Shown: positions 8,606 through 17,449 of the stretch, piece after piece
Numbering within the stretch: the first letter of the stretch is position 1
Layout of the letters: every line of letters begins with the position of its first letter
Assembly (NCBI RefSeq): GCF_000012905.2
Contig: NC_007494.2
Span: 480,001-512,000 of the forward strand
DNA: 32,000 nucleotides
Source: Cereibacter sphaeroides 2.4.1
GTDB lineage: Bacteria > Pseudomonadota > Alphaproteobacteria > Rhodobacterales > Rhodobacteraceae
Reading direction: 5' to 3'
Position numbers and translations under genes: made by a program
Notes under the pieces: model-generated
The model's input: only the letters and a program-made list of their open reading frames with translations
What the model was told of the DNA's origin: nothing
Database searches by the model: none

Positions 8606-10180
8606 ATGATGCTCTCCCTCAAGGCCAAGACGGCCCTCACTTTCGGCCTCGTATTGACGGGGGTTGCAATCACCGTGGCGCTTGCCATCGGCAGTCTCAA
8701 CCAGGTGGCGGGAAATCTCACGCGGTTGACCCGGCTGGAGCTTCTGGCGCTCGAGGCTGCGCATGAGTTCGCCCTGTCGCAAAGCCGCGCCGAGACGCTG
8801 GTGGCCAGATACGGGCTGGCGCTCTCCCGGGGTGGCGAGCTCTCCGGTGTCGACCGTCACTTGCGACGGCTGGAAGAGGATCTGGCGAAAGCGCTCCACA
8901 GCCAGCGGCAGGCCGTGGCAGACCTGCAGGCGCATGTGACGTTGCAGGAAGACGTCGCAAGTATCGCGGTCCTTCAGAGCTACGGCTCGCTGGTGGAAGC
9001 CGCGTCGACGAAGAGCCTCCGCCGAGCGACGGCCGGCGATCCGGCGGGGGCTCAGGCGGCGCTGGCCGACCCGTCCCTCCTCATGGCCCGCGCCGCGGGG
9101 GAGCAGGCGCTTGCCGACATCACCCGCAGGCAGTGGGACACCGTGGGCCGAACCGCCGCCCGGACAGTGGATCTGGCCACGCGCCGAGGATGGATCATGC
9201 TGACCGTCGTCGTCAGCGCCTGCGCCACCGCCGGCACACTCGCGGTCTGGATCGTGCTCTCGATCGGGCGGGGCTTGTCCAGCGCGCTGGCGCTGTCGAG
9301 CCGTCTGGCCGAGGGCGATCTCAGCGCCACCGTCCCCATCACCGGACGGGACGGAATGGCCCACCTCCTGCAGTCGAACAACGAGGTGGTGCTTCAGCTG
9401 CGCACCGTCGTCGAGGCCGTGACCGCCTCGTCTGGCGCCCTCACGGGCCTGAGCGCCCGGGTTGCGGCCACGTCCGAGCAGATGTCGGTGAATGCCATGG
9501 AGCAGATCTCGGCCACGGGCGAGGCCGCTTCCGCGGTCACGGGCATCCAGAGCAGCCTCGAGCAGTCGGTCGAGCGCGCCGCCGCCTGCGAAAGCGTGGC
9601 GGCGCGCGCCGCGCAGGATGCGCGCGCCTCGGAGAAGGTCGTTGGAGAGGCGCTCCGCTCCATGAAGAAGATCGCGGAACATATTCTCGTCATGCAGGAA
9701 ATCGCGCGGCAGACCGATCTTCTCGCCCTGAATGCGGCGGTGGAGGCCGCCCGCGCGGGCGAGCGGGGCCTGGGCTTTGCAGTCGTGGCCAGCGAGGTCA
9801 GAAAGCTCGCCGAGCGCAGCCAGGACGCGGCCAAGGAAGTCTCGACCCTCTCCCACTCGACGTCGCAGGCGGCCGTGGCGGCGGGCGATATCATCGGGCG
9901 CCTCATCCCGGATATCGAACTCACCTCCACGCTCGCGACCGAGATTGCATCCGTGGCACGGGATCTGAGCGGCGAGATCCGCTCGGTGACCGGTTCGATC
10001 GACACGCTCGACACGCTCAGCAAGCAGAATTCCTCCGTATCGGACGAACTCTGGAACGGCTCTGCCGAGCTCTCAGGCCAGGCGGAGATCCTCGCAAACG
10101 CGATCCGCTACTTCGACGCATCGGACAGGAGCGGGCCTTCGGACGAGCCCGAGGAGGGGCTGCAGGCCGCGGCAGCATGA
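8606..10180 (+). CDS. Methyl-accepting chemotaxis protein (two TM helices, periplasmic helical sensor, HAMP, MA signalling domain)
   Basis: Start at ATGATG 8606/8609: [29 protein letters not shown] (TM1). TM2 plus HAMP: [49 protein letters not shown]. Highly conserved MCP hairpin: [40 protein letters not shown]. Confidence 0.9.
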   Translation: MMLSLKAKTALTFGLVLTGVAITVALAIGSLNQVAGNLTRLTRLELLALEAAHEFALSQSRAETLVARYGLALSRGGELSGVDRHLRRLEEDLAKALHSQRQAVADLQAHVTLQEDVASIAVLQSYGSLVEAASTKSLRRATAGDPAGAQAALADPSLLMARAAGEQALADITRRQWDTVGRTAARTVDLATRRGWIMLTVVVSACATAGTLAVWIVLSIGRGLSSALALSSRLAEGDLSATVPITGRDGMAHLLQSNNEVVLQLRTVVEAVTASSGALTGLSARVAATSEQMSVNAMEQISATGEAASAVTGIQSSLEQSVERAAACESVAARAAQDARASEKVVGEALRSMKKIAEHILVMQEIARQTDLLALNAAVEAARAGERGLGFAVVASEVRKLAERSQDAAKEVSTLSHSTSQAAVAAGDIIGRLIPDIELTSTLATEIASVARDLSGEIRSVTGSIDTLDTLSKQNSSVSDELWNGSAELSGQAEILANAIRYFDASDRSGPSDEPEEGLQAAAA

Positions 10181-10752
10181 AGACCGTCCGGCGCCCCGGC
10201 GTCCGGAGGCCTATCCGCAGCAGCGAACACGGAAACGATGGCAAGGGAATGGATCCAGCGTCAGCACACACCACTGCCGAGGCCCCAGGCGCGACCGCCG
10301 CCTCTGCCTGCCGGTCCGGGCCCCTGGAGTTCGGCCAGCAGTCCTTCCCGCGCGAGGGTGCGGCGCCGCTCCGCGCCTCGTGCCGACCGGTCAGCAGGCG
10401 CAGCGCTCCCGTTCCCGGACAGCCCGATCTTTTCATCGACCTCTGGCTGCGCAAGAGGGGCGGCTTCGTGATCGCCCACAGCCTGCTCGGCGGATGCGGG
10501 ACGGGAAAGACGGCAACGGGCGCAGGAGACCTCGAGGAAGCCATGTCCGTGATCGAGGCCTATTGCCGGACGCTCTCGACCGCGCCCGCCGGCCATCCAC
10601 CCGGCCCGAAGGCCTGCGCGTCGGATCTGGCGGAGGCGATCATCGAACTTGCGCGCTTCCGCGACCGACGGCGGATCTTCCTCGGTCTGGCCGGGGAGGC
10701 TCTCGACGATTGGCAGGCCTGTCCCGCCTGCCGGCCGCACGCTCCATCTTGA
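10177..10752 (+). CDS. Hypothetical protein (Cys-containing, no recognisable domain), translationally coupled to the MCP
   Basis: ATG 10177 overlaps the MCP stop (ATGA). 191 codons with GC-rich third positions. Translation: [12 protein letters not shown]...[32 protein letters not shown]...[35 protein letters not shown]. No family recognised, so coding status is uncertain. Confidence 0.4.
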   Translation: MKTVRRPGVRRPIRSSEHGNDGKGMDPASAHTTAEAPGATAASACRSGPLEFGQQSFPREGAAPLRASCRPVSRRSAPVPGQPDLFIDLWLRKRGGFVIAHSLLGGCGTGKTATGAGDLEEAMSVIEAYCRTLSTAPAGHPPGPKACASDLAEAIIELARFRDRRRIFLGLAGEALDDWQACPACRPHAPS

Positions 10753-10763
10753 AGAGGACTTCC

Positions 10764-11330
10764 ATGGACGAGCCGAACCACTTCAGGCACCGCAGCAGCA
10801 GCGTCCGGGCGAATGCCCGCGCGCAGCTGGCAGAAATCAGGCGCAAGAGGCTTGCGCGGCGCACGGAGGCCGCCTCCACAGGCGGTTCAGGCGAAGCAGC
10901 CGGCTCGTCCGCACCCCAGAACGGCCCCCTGCCCGATCTTCCTCCCGAAGAGGCGGGAACGTCCGGGGCTCGGCATGCTCGGGCGGGTGCGGGGCACGCC
11001 CCTCTCCCGGGAGGGCCTGACGTTCAAGAGGACACCGTGACCTCCTCCCCGAAATCTGCGGCCACCGGCTCCCCATCGCCCCTCAAGGCCGCATGCACCG
11101 CCGGAGCCGGCCCGACCGCGGCGGACAGCGATCTCTTCGCGCTTCCGGGCGCGGGCGTCGGTCTTGTCTGGATGCTGAACAGGGCCGGCGTCCGGAGCCT
11201 GCGAGATCTTGCGGATGCCGACGGGCCTCAGCTCACGCGCGATCTCGGCCTCATCGGTCAGATCATGGATGTCGGGGACTGGATCGTCTTCGCGCGCAAG
11301 GCCTGCGAGCGGCCCGATGTCGCCCCATGA
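10764..11330 (+). CDS. Hypothetical protein with low-complexity N-terminal half and C-terminal helix-hairpin-helix-like motif
   Basis: ATG 10764 with SD GAAGAGGA. The C-terminus DLFALPGAGVGLVWMLNRAGVRSLRDLADADGPQLTRDLGLIGQIMDVGDWIVFARKA resembles the LPGIG...L...GI...IA...L...G.I....W HhH-type tail seen on various alphaproteobacterial proteins. Confidence 0.6.
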   Translation: MDEPNHFRHRSSSVRANARAQLAEIRRKRLARRTEAASTGGSGEAAGSSAPQNGPLPDLPPEEAGTSGARHARAGAGHAPLPGGPDVQEDTVTSSPKSAATGSPSPLKAACTAGAGPTAADSDLFALPGAGVGLVWMLNRAGVRSLRDLADADGPQLTRDLGLIGQIMDVGDWIVFARKACERPDVAP

Positions 11331-11520
11331 CGCGTGCCAAGGGGGCAGGCTTGACATCATCATGTGCGAAAAGCGCCAGGCAGACGTCAGGGCAATCGTG
11401 CCGTCAGCGGAAAGCCTTGCCGTCCGGGGATCAAGGTCCTGCGCATCAGCGCAGCGCTTGCCGCTCCCGCCTGCCGCTCCAAGCGACCGGGACAGAGCCA
11501 GCGCCCGCGAGAGAGGGCCG

Positions 11521-12288
11521 TCAGTCAATCGCGATCCAGACCGGAGCGTGATCGCTCGCCTTCTCCCAGCCGCGGACATGCCGGTCGACCCCCGCCCCCT
11601 TCAGACGGGTCAGAAGGGACGGGCTCAGCAGCAGATGGTCGAGCCGCAGACCGGCGTCCCGCTCCCACGCATTTCGGAGATAGTCCCAGAACGTATAGAT
11701 CCGATCCTCGGGATACAGATGCCGGATGCTATCTGTCCAACCCTGCGCGAGAAGCCGGGCAAAGGCTGCCCGCACCTCAGGGCGGCACAGCGCGTCCTCG
11801 CGCCAGCGCTCGGGACGATGGACGTCGAGATCGGTCGGCATCACGTTGAAGTCTCCGGCGAGAACGACCGGCACGTCGTGGCGCAGAACCTCCTCGGCAT
11901 GATTGAGAAGATGGTCGAACCACGCGAGCTTGGCGGCAAACTTCGGGCCCGGGGCCGGATTGCCGTTCGGCAGATAGAGGCAGCCCACGAGAACGCCCTC
12001 CACCGCCGCCTCGATATAGCGGCTTTCACCGTCCTGCACGCCCGGCAGATCCTGCCGCGTCTGCACCGGCTCGGCGCCGCGCGCGAGGATCGCCACGCCG
12101 TTCCAGCTCTTCTGCCCGTGCCACACCGCTCCGTAACCCGCAGCTTCCAGCGCGGCGGCCGGAAAGCGCGCGGAGGCCGCCTTCAACTCCTGCAGGCAGA
12201 CGACGTCGGGGCGCGCCTCCTCGAGCCAGCGCAGCAGCACCGGAAGCCGGCCGTTCACCCCGTTCACGTTGAAGGTCGCGATCCTCAT
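11521..12288 (-). CDS. xthA: Exodeoxyribonuclease III (AP endonuclease)
   Basis: Full-length ExoIII pattern: MRIATFNVNGVNGRLPVLLRWLEEARPDVVCLQELK...GQKSWNGVAILAR...LAGDFNVMPTDLDV...YTFWDY...LRLDHLLLSP...SDHAPVWIAID. Confidence 0.95.
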   Translation of the reverse strand: MRIATFNVNGVNGRLPVLLRWLEEARPDVVCLQELKAASARFPAAALEAAGYGAVWHGQKSWNGVAILARGAEPVQTRQDLPGVQDGESRYIEAAVEGVLVGCLYLPNGNPAPGPKFAAKLAWFDHLLNHAEEVLRHDVPVVLAGDFNVMPTDLDVHRPERWREDALCRPEVRAAFARLLAQGWTDSIRHLYPEDRIYTFWDYLRNAWERDAGLRLDHLLLSPSLLTRLKGAGVDRHVRGWEKASDHAPVWIAID

Positions 12289-12470
12289 GTTCCGGATGTA
12301 GCTTCCGCCGGACGGGAGTCCGCAGGAAAATGCGCTCCAGTCCGGGCATCCGCATCGCGGCAGGATGTGGCGGGGCGGGCTGTGCGCGGCCGGTTGATCC
12401 TGCCGGGGCGGATGGGTCAGGATGGGCGTCGGTCGGCGAAGTGCGGGCCGCGGCAGGCAGGGAGGGTGGA

Positions 12471-13124
12471 ATGCGCAGCCTCATCGTCGGGGCCTCCGGC
12501 GGGATCGGAGCCGCGCTGCTTGCCGCCTGCGGCGAGGGGGCGGTGGGCCTGTCGCGGCGGGACCACGGCCTCGATGTGGCGGACGAAGCCGCGGTCGAAC
12601 GGCTGCTCGCCGCCCTCGATTCGCCCTTTGACCGGGTGATCGTGGCCACGGGTGCGCTGGAGATCGGCGGCGTGGCTCCTGAAAAGACCCTGCGCGCGCT
12701 CGACCCGGCAAATCTTGCGCGGCACTTCGCCCTCAATGCGATCGGCCCGGCGCTGGTGCTGAAGCACGCCCTGCGCCTGCTGCCGCGCGATCGGCCTGTG
12801 CGGTTCGCGGCACTCTCGGCGCGGGTGGGCTCCATCGGCGACAACCGGCTGGGCGGCTGGTTCGCCTATCGCGCGGCCAAGGCGGCGCTGAACCAGATCG
12901 TCCATACCGCCGCGATCGAGATCGCGCGCAGCCATCCGCAGGCGGTGGTGGTGGCGCTTCATCCGGGCACGGTCGAAACCGGCCTGACGGCGCGCTACAG
13001 CGCGACCCATCCTGTCGTGACGCCCCAGCGCGCGGCGCTCAACCTGCTCTCGACGCTCGACGCGCTCGGGCCGGAGGAGTCTGGCGGCTTCTTTGACGCC
13101 ACCGGAGCACGGATCCCATGGTAG
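12471..13124 (+). CDS. Short-chain dehydrogenase/reductase (small CsgA/C-factor-like SDR)
   Basis: ATG 12471 with SD GGAGGGTGGA. MRSLIVGASGGIGAAL is the TGxxxGxG-type Rossmann motif, and YRAAKAALNQ is the YxxxK catalytic motif. Upstream codons of ORF 12330.. are not protein-like. Confidence 0.85.
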   Translation: MRSLIVGASGGIGAALLAACGEGAVGLSRRDHGLDVADEAAVERLLAALDSPFDRVIVATGALEIGGVAPEKTLRALDPANLARHFALNAIGPALVLKHALRLLPRDRPVRFAALSARVGSIGDNRLGGWFAYRAAKAALNQIVHTAAIEIARSHPQAVVVALHPGTVETGLTARYSATHPVVTPQRAALNLLSTLDALGPEESGGFFDATGARIPW

Positions 13125-13443
13125 CCGTCTGTTCAGGTTCCAGAAGGGCCGCGGCTCTTGCGGGGCAGCGCCCGATGTGAGCGCCGGATTGATGAGCCGT
13201 CTGCCTGCCGCTCGCCCGTGCCGACCTTCCCGGTCCGCCACTGCTCCGGCGGCTTCCTGTCGACGGGCCCGCGCGGGGCGCCTCACCGTCTCCGCGGGCG
13301 GCCGGGACCCGGCAACCGCTGTTCAAGCAGTTATCCGTGACCCCACGGGCTGCGCATCCCGTCCGGCGGAGGCCGACAGGACCTGAGCCTGCCCGCCCCC
13401 TGTCCCTGCGCTCGGGCAGCCGGGCGGTCTCTTCGACCCGGCC

Positions 13444-14022
13444 CTAGCCGCCAAAGCCGCGCGAGGCGCCGGTGCTGCCGAAGCCGCCGCGCGAGGCGGG
13501 GCTCGCGACAGACATCGGCGGCTTGCCGATGGTGGAGGGCGGCCGGGCAAAGGTGCTGGTGCCGAGGCGCGCCGAGCCCGTGTTGCTGGAATAGGTGCTC
13601 GTGCGGGCGGCATTTGTGAACTTGCCGTCCGCGGTGCGGTAGAGGGGCTGCGCGGAAGCCACGCCCCGGCCGCTGAGCATGCTGCCGATCAGATAGCCGG
13701 TGAGCAGCGGCATGAAGATGCCGCCCATCCCGCTGCCGCCCGTCACCTCGCTCTCGCTGCCGCAGCCGCCCGCGCCATGTTCCGCCTCGCAGGCGGCGAC
13801 GCTGTCGTAGCGGGGCGCGGATTCGACATGGAGCTGCTGCGCCTCGGCAAAGGATTTGTCGCATTCCTCGACGCTGAAGAGCCCGCCGTTGCTCGCCGCG
13901 GCGCGGCAGCTCTCGACATCGGGGAAGGCCTGGGCCTCGACCTCCTCCTCGCGGCAGCCGGCCAGCGCGAAGGAGGCGGCGCCGAGGATGACGAGGGCAA
14001 CGGTGCGCGAGCGGCGTCTCAT
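13444..14022 (-). CDS. DUF1190 (UPF0441) lipoprotein, YgiB-like
   Basis: MRRRSRTVALVILGAASFALAGC carries a lipobox. Downstream: ...ESCRAAA...APRYDSVAACEAEHGAGGC...GGIFMPLLTGYLIGSMLSG...QPLYRTADGKFTNA...RGGFGSTGASRGFGG. This mirrors E. coli YgiB as I recall it. ATGA overlap with the upstream ygiC-like gene. Confidence 0.8.
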   Translation of the reverse strand: MRRRSRTVALVILGAASFALAGCREEEVEAQAFPDVESCRAAASNGGLFSVEECDKSFAEAQQLHVESAPRYDSVAACEAEHGAGGCGSESEVTGGSGMGGIFMPLLTGYLIGSMLSGRGVASAQPLYRTADGKFTNAARTSTYSSNTGSARLGTSTFARPPSTIGKPPMSVASPASRGGFGSTGASRGFGG

Positions 14023-15221
14023 GCTTTCTCCTCCCGGACGAAATGCGGCTTGAACCGCGACAGATCCTGCGTGATGCGCGAGCGATCCTCGCGCAGCCCC
14101 ATGCCCACGCAGGTCTCGCCCACGATCCAGGCGCCGACGACGGGGCGGAAGCCGCCGAAGACCGGCAGGGGATGATAGGCCTGAACGATCCGCGGATGCC
14201 CGGCATAATCGTCGCGGGGCGAGGCCTCGGTGACCTGCCCCTCCTCGAGGATCGAAATCGAGGCGCCCTCGCGCGAGAAGAGCGGCTTGAGGACATGGCC
14301 CCGCCGCAGCGTCTCTGCCGCGCGGTCGACCGCCGGTCCGCCCGCCGCGACCTCGGCCTCGAAGAAGGCCGGCAGCAGGTTCGGATGGCCTTCGAACATC
14401 TGCCAGAGCACCGGCAGCAGGCCCTTGTTCGACAGGACCGCCTTCCAGGCGGGCTCCAGCATCAGGCAGTTCGAGCTGCGGATGTGGCGCGCATAATCGT
14501 CGCGCAGCAGGTCTTCCCAGGGGTAGAGCTTGAACAGCGTCCCGATCACCCGGTTGTCGGCATCGAGGAACTGGCCCTCCCGACTGAGCCCGATTTTCTC
14601 GAGATCGGAATAATGCGCGCCGAGGCCGGCGGCGCGGGCGGCCCAGCCCATGCATTCGACCGTGGCATAATCCTCGGGATTGCCGCCCACGGCGGTGAAA
14701 TGCAGATCGGTGTCGGGCGGGAAGAGGCTGCGGAAGCGCTCGACCAGGGCTTCGTGGATGCCGTTGAACTGGTCCGATCGCGCGGGGAGCACGCCCGCCT
14801 CGATCTGGTCCTGCAGCCAGCTCCACTGGAACGAGGCGCTTTCATAGAGCGAGGTCGGCGTGTCGGCGTTGTATTCGAGGAGCTTCGACGGCCCCTGCCC
14901 GTCATGGGCCAGATCGAACCGGCCATAGATCTCGGGATCGCCGCGCTGCCAGCTTTCCGCGATCAGGTCGCGATGCTCCGCCGGAATGGCCAGCCGGTCG
15001 AGCAGCTCCTCGCTGCCGATGATGTGGCCCGCCGCCTCGCGGCACATCGCGTGGAGCGCCGTCGCGGGATCCTCGATCATCTCCTCGACCTCGGCCAGGC
15101 CGAAGCCGTAGGCCGACGTCTCATCCCAATAGGGCTCGCCGTGCATGTCGGCGAAGGTGAAGCCGAGTTCCTCGGCGCGGTCGCGCCAGCCGGGGCGCTC
15201 GGGCAGGTCGATCCTCTCCAT
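14019..15221 (-). CDS. Glutathionylspermidine-synthase-like ATP-grasp protein (YgiC/YjfC family)
   Basis: 400-aa ORF: MERIDLPERPGWRDRAEELGFTFADMHGEPYWDETSAYGF...LLEYNADTPTSLYESASFQWSWL...GWAARAAG...LMLEPAWKAVLSNKGLLPVLWQMFEGHPNLLPAFF...VLKPLFSREGASI. This is characteristic of the GSP-synthase pre-ATP-grasp/ATP-grasp family. Confidence 0.9.
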   Translation of the reverse strand: MERIDLPERPGWRDRAEELGFTFADMHGEPYWDETSAYGFGLAEVEEMIEDPATALHAMCREAAGHIIGSEELLDRLAIPAEHRDLIAESWQRGDPEIYGRFDLAHDGQGPSKLLEYNADTPTSLYESASFQWSWLQDQIEAGVLPARSDQFNGIHEALVERFRSLFPPDTDLHFTAVGGNPEDYATVECMGWAARAAGLGAHYSDLEKIGLSREGQFLDADNRVIGTLFKLYPWEDLLRDDYARHIRSSNCLMLEPAWKAVLSNKGLLPVLWQMFEGHPNLLPAFFEAEVAAGGPAVDRAAETLRRGHVLKPLFSREGASISILEEGQVTEASPRDDYAGHPRIVQAYHPLPVFGGFRPVVGAWIVGETCVGMGLREDRSRITQDLSRFKPHFVREEKA

Positions 15222-15590
15222 GACCCCTCACCTATGCGTTCGCGCGCCCCGGCGCCAGTGGCTGCGGTGGCATTCCCGGCCGCGACGAGAGGTGCCGGAT
15301 CGGCCGCCCCGCGTGGAGGGAGGCCGGCGGCATGGCGCGCATCGCCCGAGGCGCGGTAGAGGGAATCGGTTTGCACGCTTTCAAGTTGTGTTACCATCGC
15401 CTCATTCGAGCAGATGGCCGCCTTATTCATCCGGCCAAAGACCCCTCTTGCGAACGCTACGCTGACACGAAGCCAATGGGCGGCCCCTGCCGCCCCATCG
15501 CATGGTCATTTTCATTTGGAGTATTGCCGATGCTGTTCAAGCTGGGCCACGGCCAGAACATTCGTATCTATCCGCGCAGCAGAAGCCTCC

Positions 15591-15597
15591 GGGGGGG
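15591..15597 (+). repeat. G7 homopolymer separating an SD-preceded 24-codon ORF (15530..15604) from the peroxidase reading frame
   Basis: Read directly as cctccgggggggcgggtga. Loss of one G would fuse the MLFKLGHGQNIRIYPRSRSLRGG frame to the peroxidase frame. Confidence 0.9.
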
Positions 15598-15674
15598 CGG
15601 GTGACACCGCCACCGACAGCGTCCCCATCGACACGGTCTGCGCGGAAGCCTCGGACGAGGCGGACCCGCACGGC

Positions 15675-17399
15675 ATGAGGCCCGCCTATCCGCTTCCCAA
15701 CCCCGACCCGCAACCCTCTCCTGGGCTCGAGCCGCGCGAGGTATTCCGCTTCTACTTCCGCAATGCCCCCGAGGTGGCGGCCGATCCCGAGATCGAGGGC
15801 AGGATCCTCGCGCTGGCCGACGCCATGGCCGAGGCGAGCCTGACCCAGGCCGATCCCGAAGGAGAGTCCAGCATTCCGGCGGTCTTCACCTACTTCGGCC
15901 AGTTCATCGACCACGACATCACGGCCAATACCGACCGCGACGAGCCCGGCTTCGACATCGACCGGGCCGGCATCGACCCGCAGCCGCGCGATCTGGTGGA
16001 AAAGGAGAAGCTGAACCTGCGCAACGGCCGGCTGAACCTCGACAGCCTCTACGGGGACGGCCCCGGCCAGTCGCCCGCGGCGGCGAAGATGGAAGCGGCG
16101 ATGCGCGACCCCGCCGATCCCGCCAAGATGCGCCTCGGGCCGGTGCAGCCGGTCAGCAACGGATCGCCGGGCTTCATCCGGCCGGATCTGCCCACGGACA
16201 ACCTGGCCGACATCCCCCGGATCGGCGCCGCCATCGACGACGGCAGCCTGACACTGGAGGAGGCCCGCGAACTGATCGGCGAGGCCGACGACGCCAAGCT
16301 GCGCCTCTCCGCGCTGATCGGCGACGGGCGCAACGACGAGAACCTGATCGTGGCCCAGCTGCACCACAGCTTCCTGCGGCTGCACAATGCGCTGGTGGAC
16401 AAGCTCCGGGCCGACGGCGCGGCCGCGGGCGACGACGCGCTCTTCGCTCTGGCGCGGCAGCACACGACCTGGATCTACCAGTGGATGGTGGTGAACCTCT
16501 TCCTGAAGGCGGTCTGCGACCCCTCCGTCGTGGAGGATGTGCTCGAGAAGCGCGCCCCGCTCTACCGGGGCTTCTTCGAGGCGCACAAGGCCTCGGTGCC
16601 CGAGGGAGCCCTGCCGATGCCGCTCGAGTTCAGCGTGGCGGCCTTCCGCTACGGCCATTCGATGGTGCGGGGCGACTACGACTACAACCGCAGCTTCGGC
16701 GTGGCGGCCGACGGCACGCCGCAGACCCGCGCCAGCTTCGAGCAGCTCTTCGCCTTCACCGGCGGGGGCAACATGTCGGGCTTCGGGCTGACCTCGCTGC
16801 CCGACAACTGGATCATCGAGTGGGATCGGTTCATCCGCGCCGATGGCCCGCCCGGACGGACGGCCCGCAAGATCGACAGCCGGCTCGCGCTGCCCTTGAA
16901 GGAGATGCGCAACCCCGCCCCGGGCGTCAGCGGGATCATGCGCCATCTGGCGGCGCGCAACCTGCGCCGGGGCTATGTGTTCAATCTTCCCGACGCGCAG
17001 GCCATCCTTTCCGAACTGGCCTATCAGGGCACGCGGATCGAACCGCTCACGGCGGATGAGATCGCCTCGGGCGCGACCGGTGCCGCGATCCGCGACGGCG
17101 GCTTCGACAGCTCGACGCCTCTGTGGTTCTACGTCCTGAAAGAGGCGGAGGTGAGGGCCGAGGGCAACCATCTCGGCCCGCTCGGCAGCCGTCTGGTGGC
17201 CGAGACGCTGATCGGCCTCCTCGTGACCGATCCGTCGAGCTACCTCCAGCAGGGAGCCTTCGGCAGCTGGACACCGGACGAGGCGGCGCAGCCGAAGGGC
17301 GAGCCGATCACGAGCTTTGCCGCCATGCTCGTGGCCTGCGGCCTGCTCGCGCCCGTGCCTGCGGCGCCGGCGGCGCCCCAGCCGGCCGCCACGTTCTGA
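15675..17399 (+). CDS. Animal-type heme peroxidase (peroxidase-cyclooxygenase superfamily, MPO/LPO-like active site)
   Basis: Distal motif FGQFIDHD (His codon 15912..15914). GDGRNDEN carries the catalytic Arg (16338..16340) and Glu (16347..16349). Proximal motif AAFRYGHS (His codon 16656..16658). The start is uncertain: ATG 15675 is used here, the ORF is open from 15414, and a frameshift-fused start at 15530 is possible. No signal peptide is visible with any of these starts. Confidence 0.88.
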   Translation: MRPAYPLPNPDPQPSPGLEPREVFRFYFRNAPEVAADPEIEGRILALADAMAEASLTQADPEGESSIPAVFTYFGQFIDHDITANTDRDEPGFDIDRAGIDPQPRDLVEKEKLNLRNGRLNLDSLYGDGPGQSPAAAKMEAAMRDPADPAKMRLGPVQPVSNGSPGFIRPDLPTDNLADIPRIGAAIDDGSLTLEEARELIGEADDAKLRLSALIGDGRNDENLIVAQLHHSFLRLHNALVDKLRADGAAAGDDALFALARQHTTWIYQWMVVNLFLKAVCDPSVVEDVLEKRAPLYRGFFEAHKASVPEGALPMPLEFSVAAFRYGHSMVRGDYDYNRSFGVAADGTPQTRASFEQLFAFTGGGNMSGFGLTSLPDNWIIEWDRFIRADGPPGRTARKIDSRLALPLKEMRNPAPGVSGIMRHLAARNLRRGYVFNLPDAQAILSELAYQGTRIEPLTADEIASGATGAAIRDGGFDSSTPLWFYVLKEAEVRAEGNHLGPLGSRLVAETLIGLLVTDPSSYLQQGAFGSWTPDEAAQPKGEPITSFAAMLVACGLLAPVPAAPAAPQPAATF

Positions 17400-17449
17400 G
17401 GCCCGGCCGTGGCGCCGGAAGGCGCCACGGCCCCTGCCGCCGCACCGCC

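Noticed and set aside
15414-15674. Using ATG 15414 as the peroxidase start (661-aa form)
   Set aside because: - There is no SD, and the encoded 87 aa (…HGHFHLEYCRCCSSWATARTFVSIR…) look non-protein-like.
- It spans the AT-rich promoter-like patch.
- It is kept only as an alternative; see the G7/leader finding.
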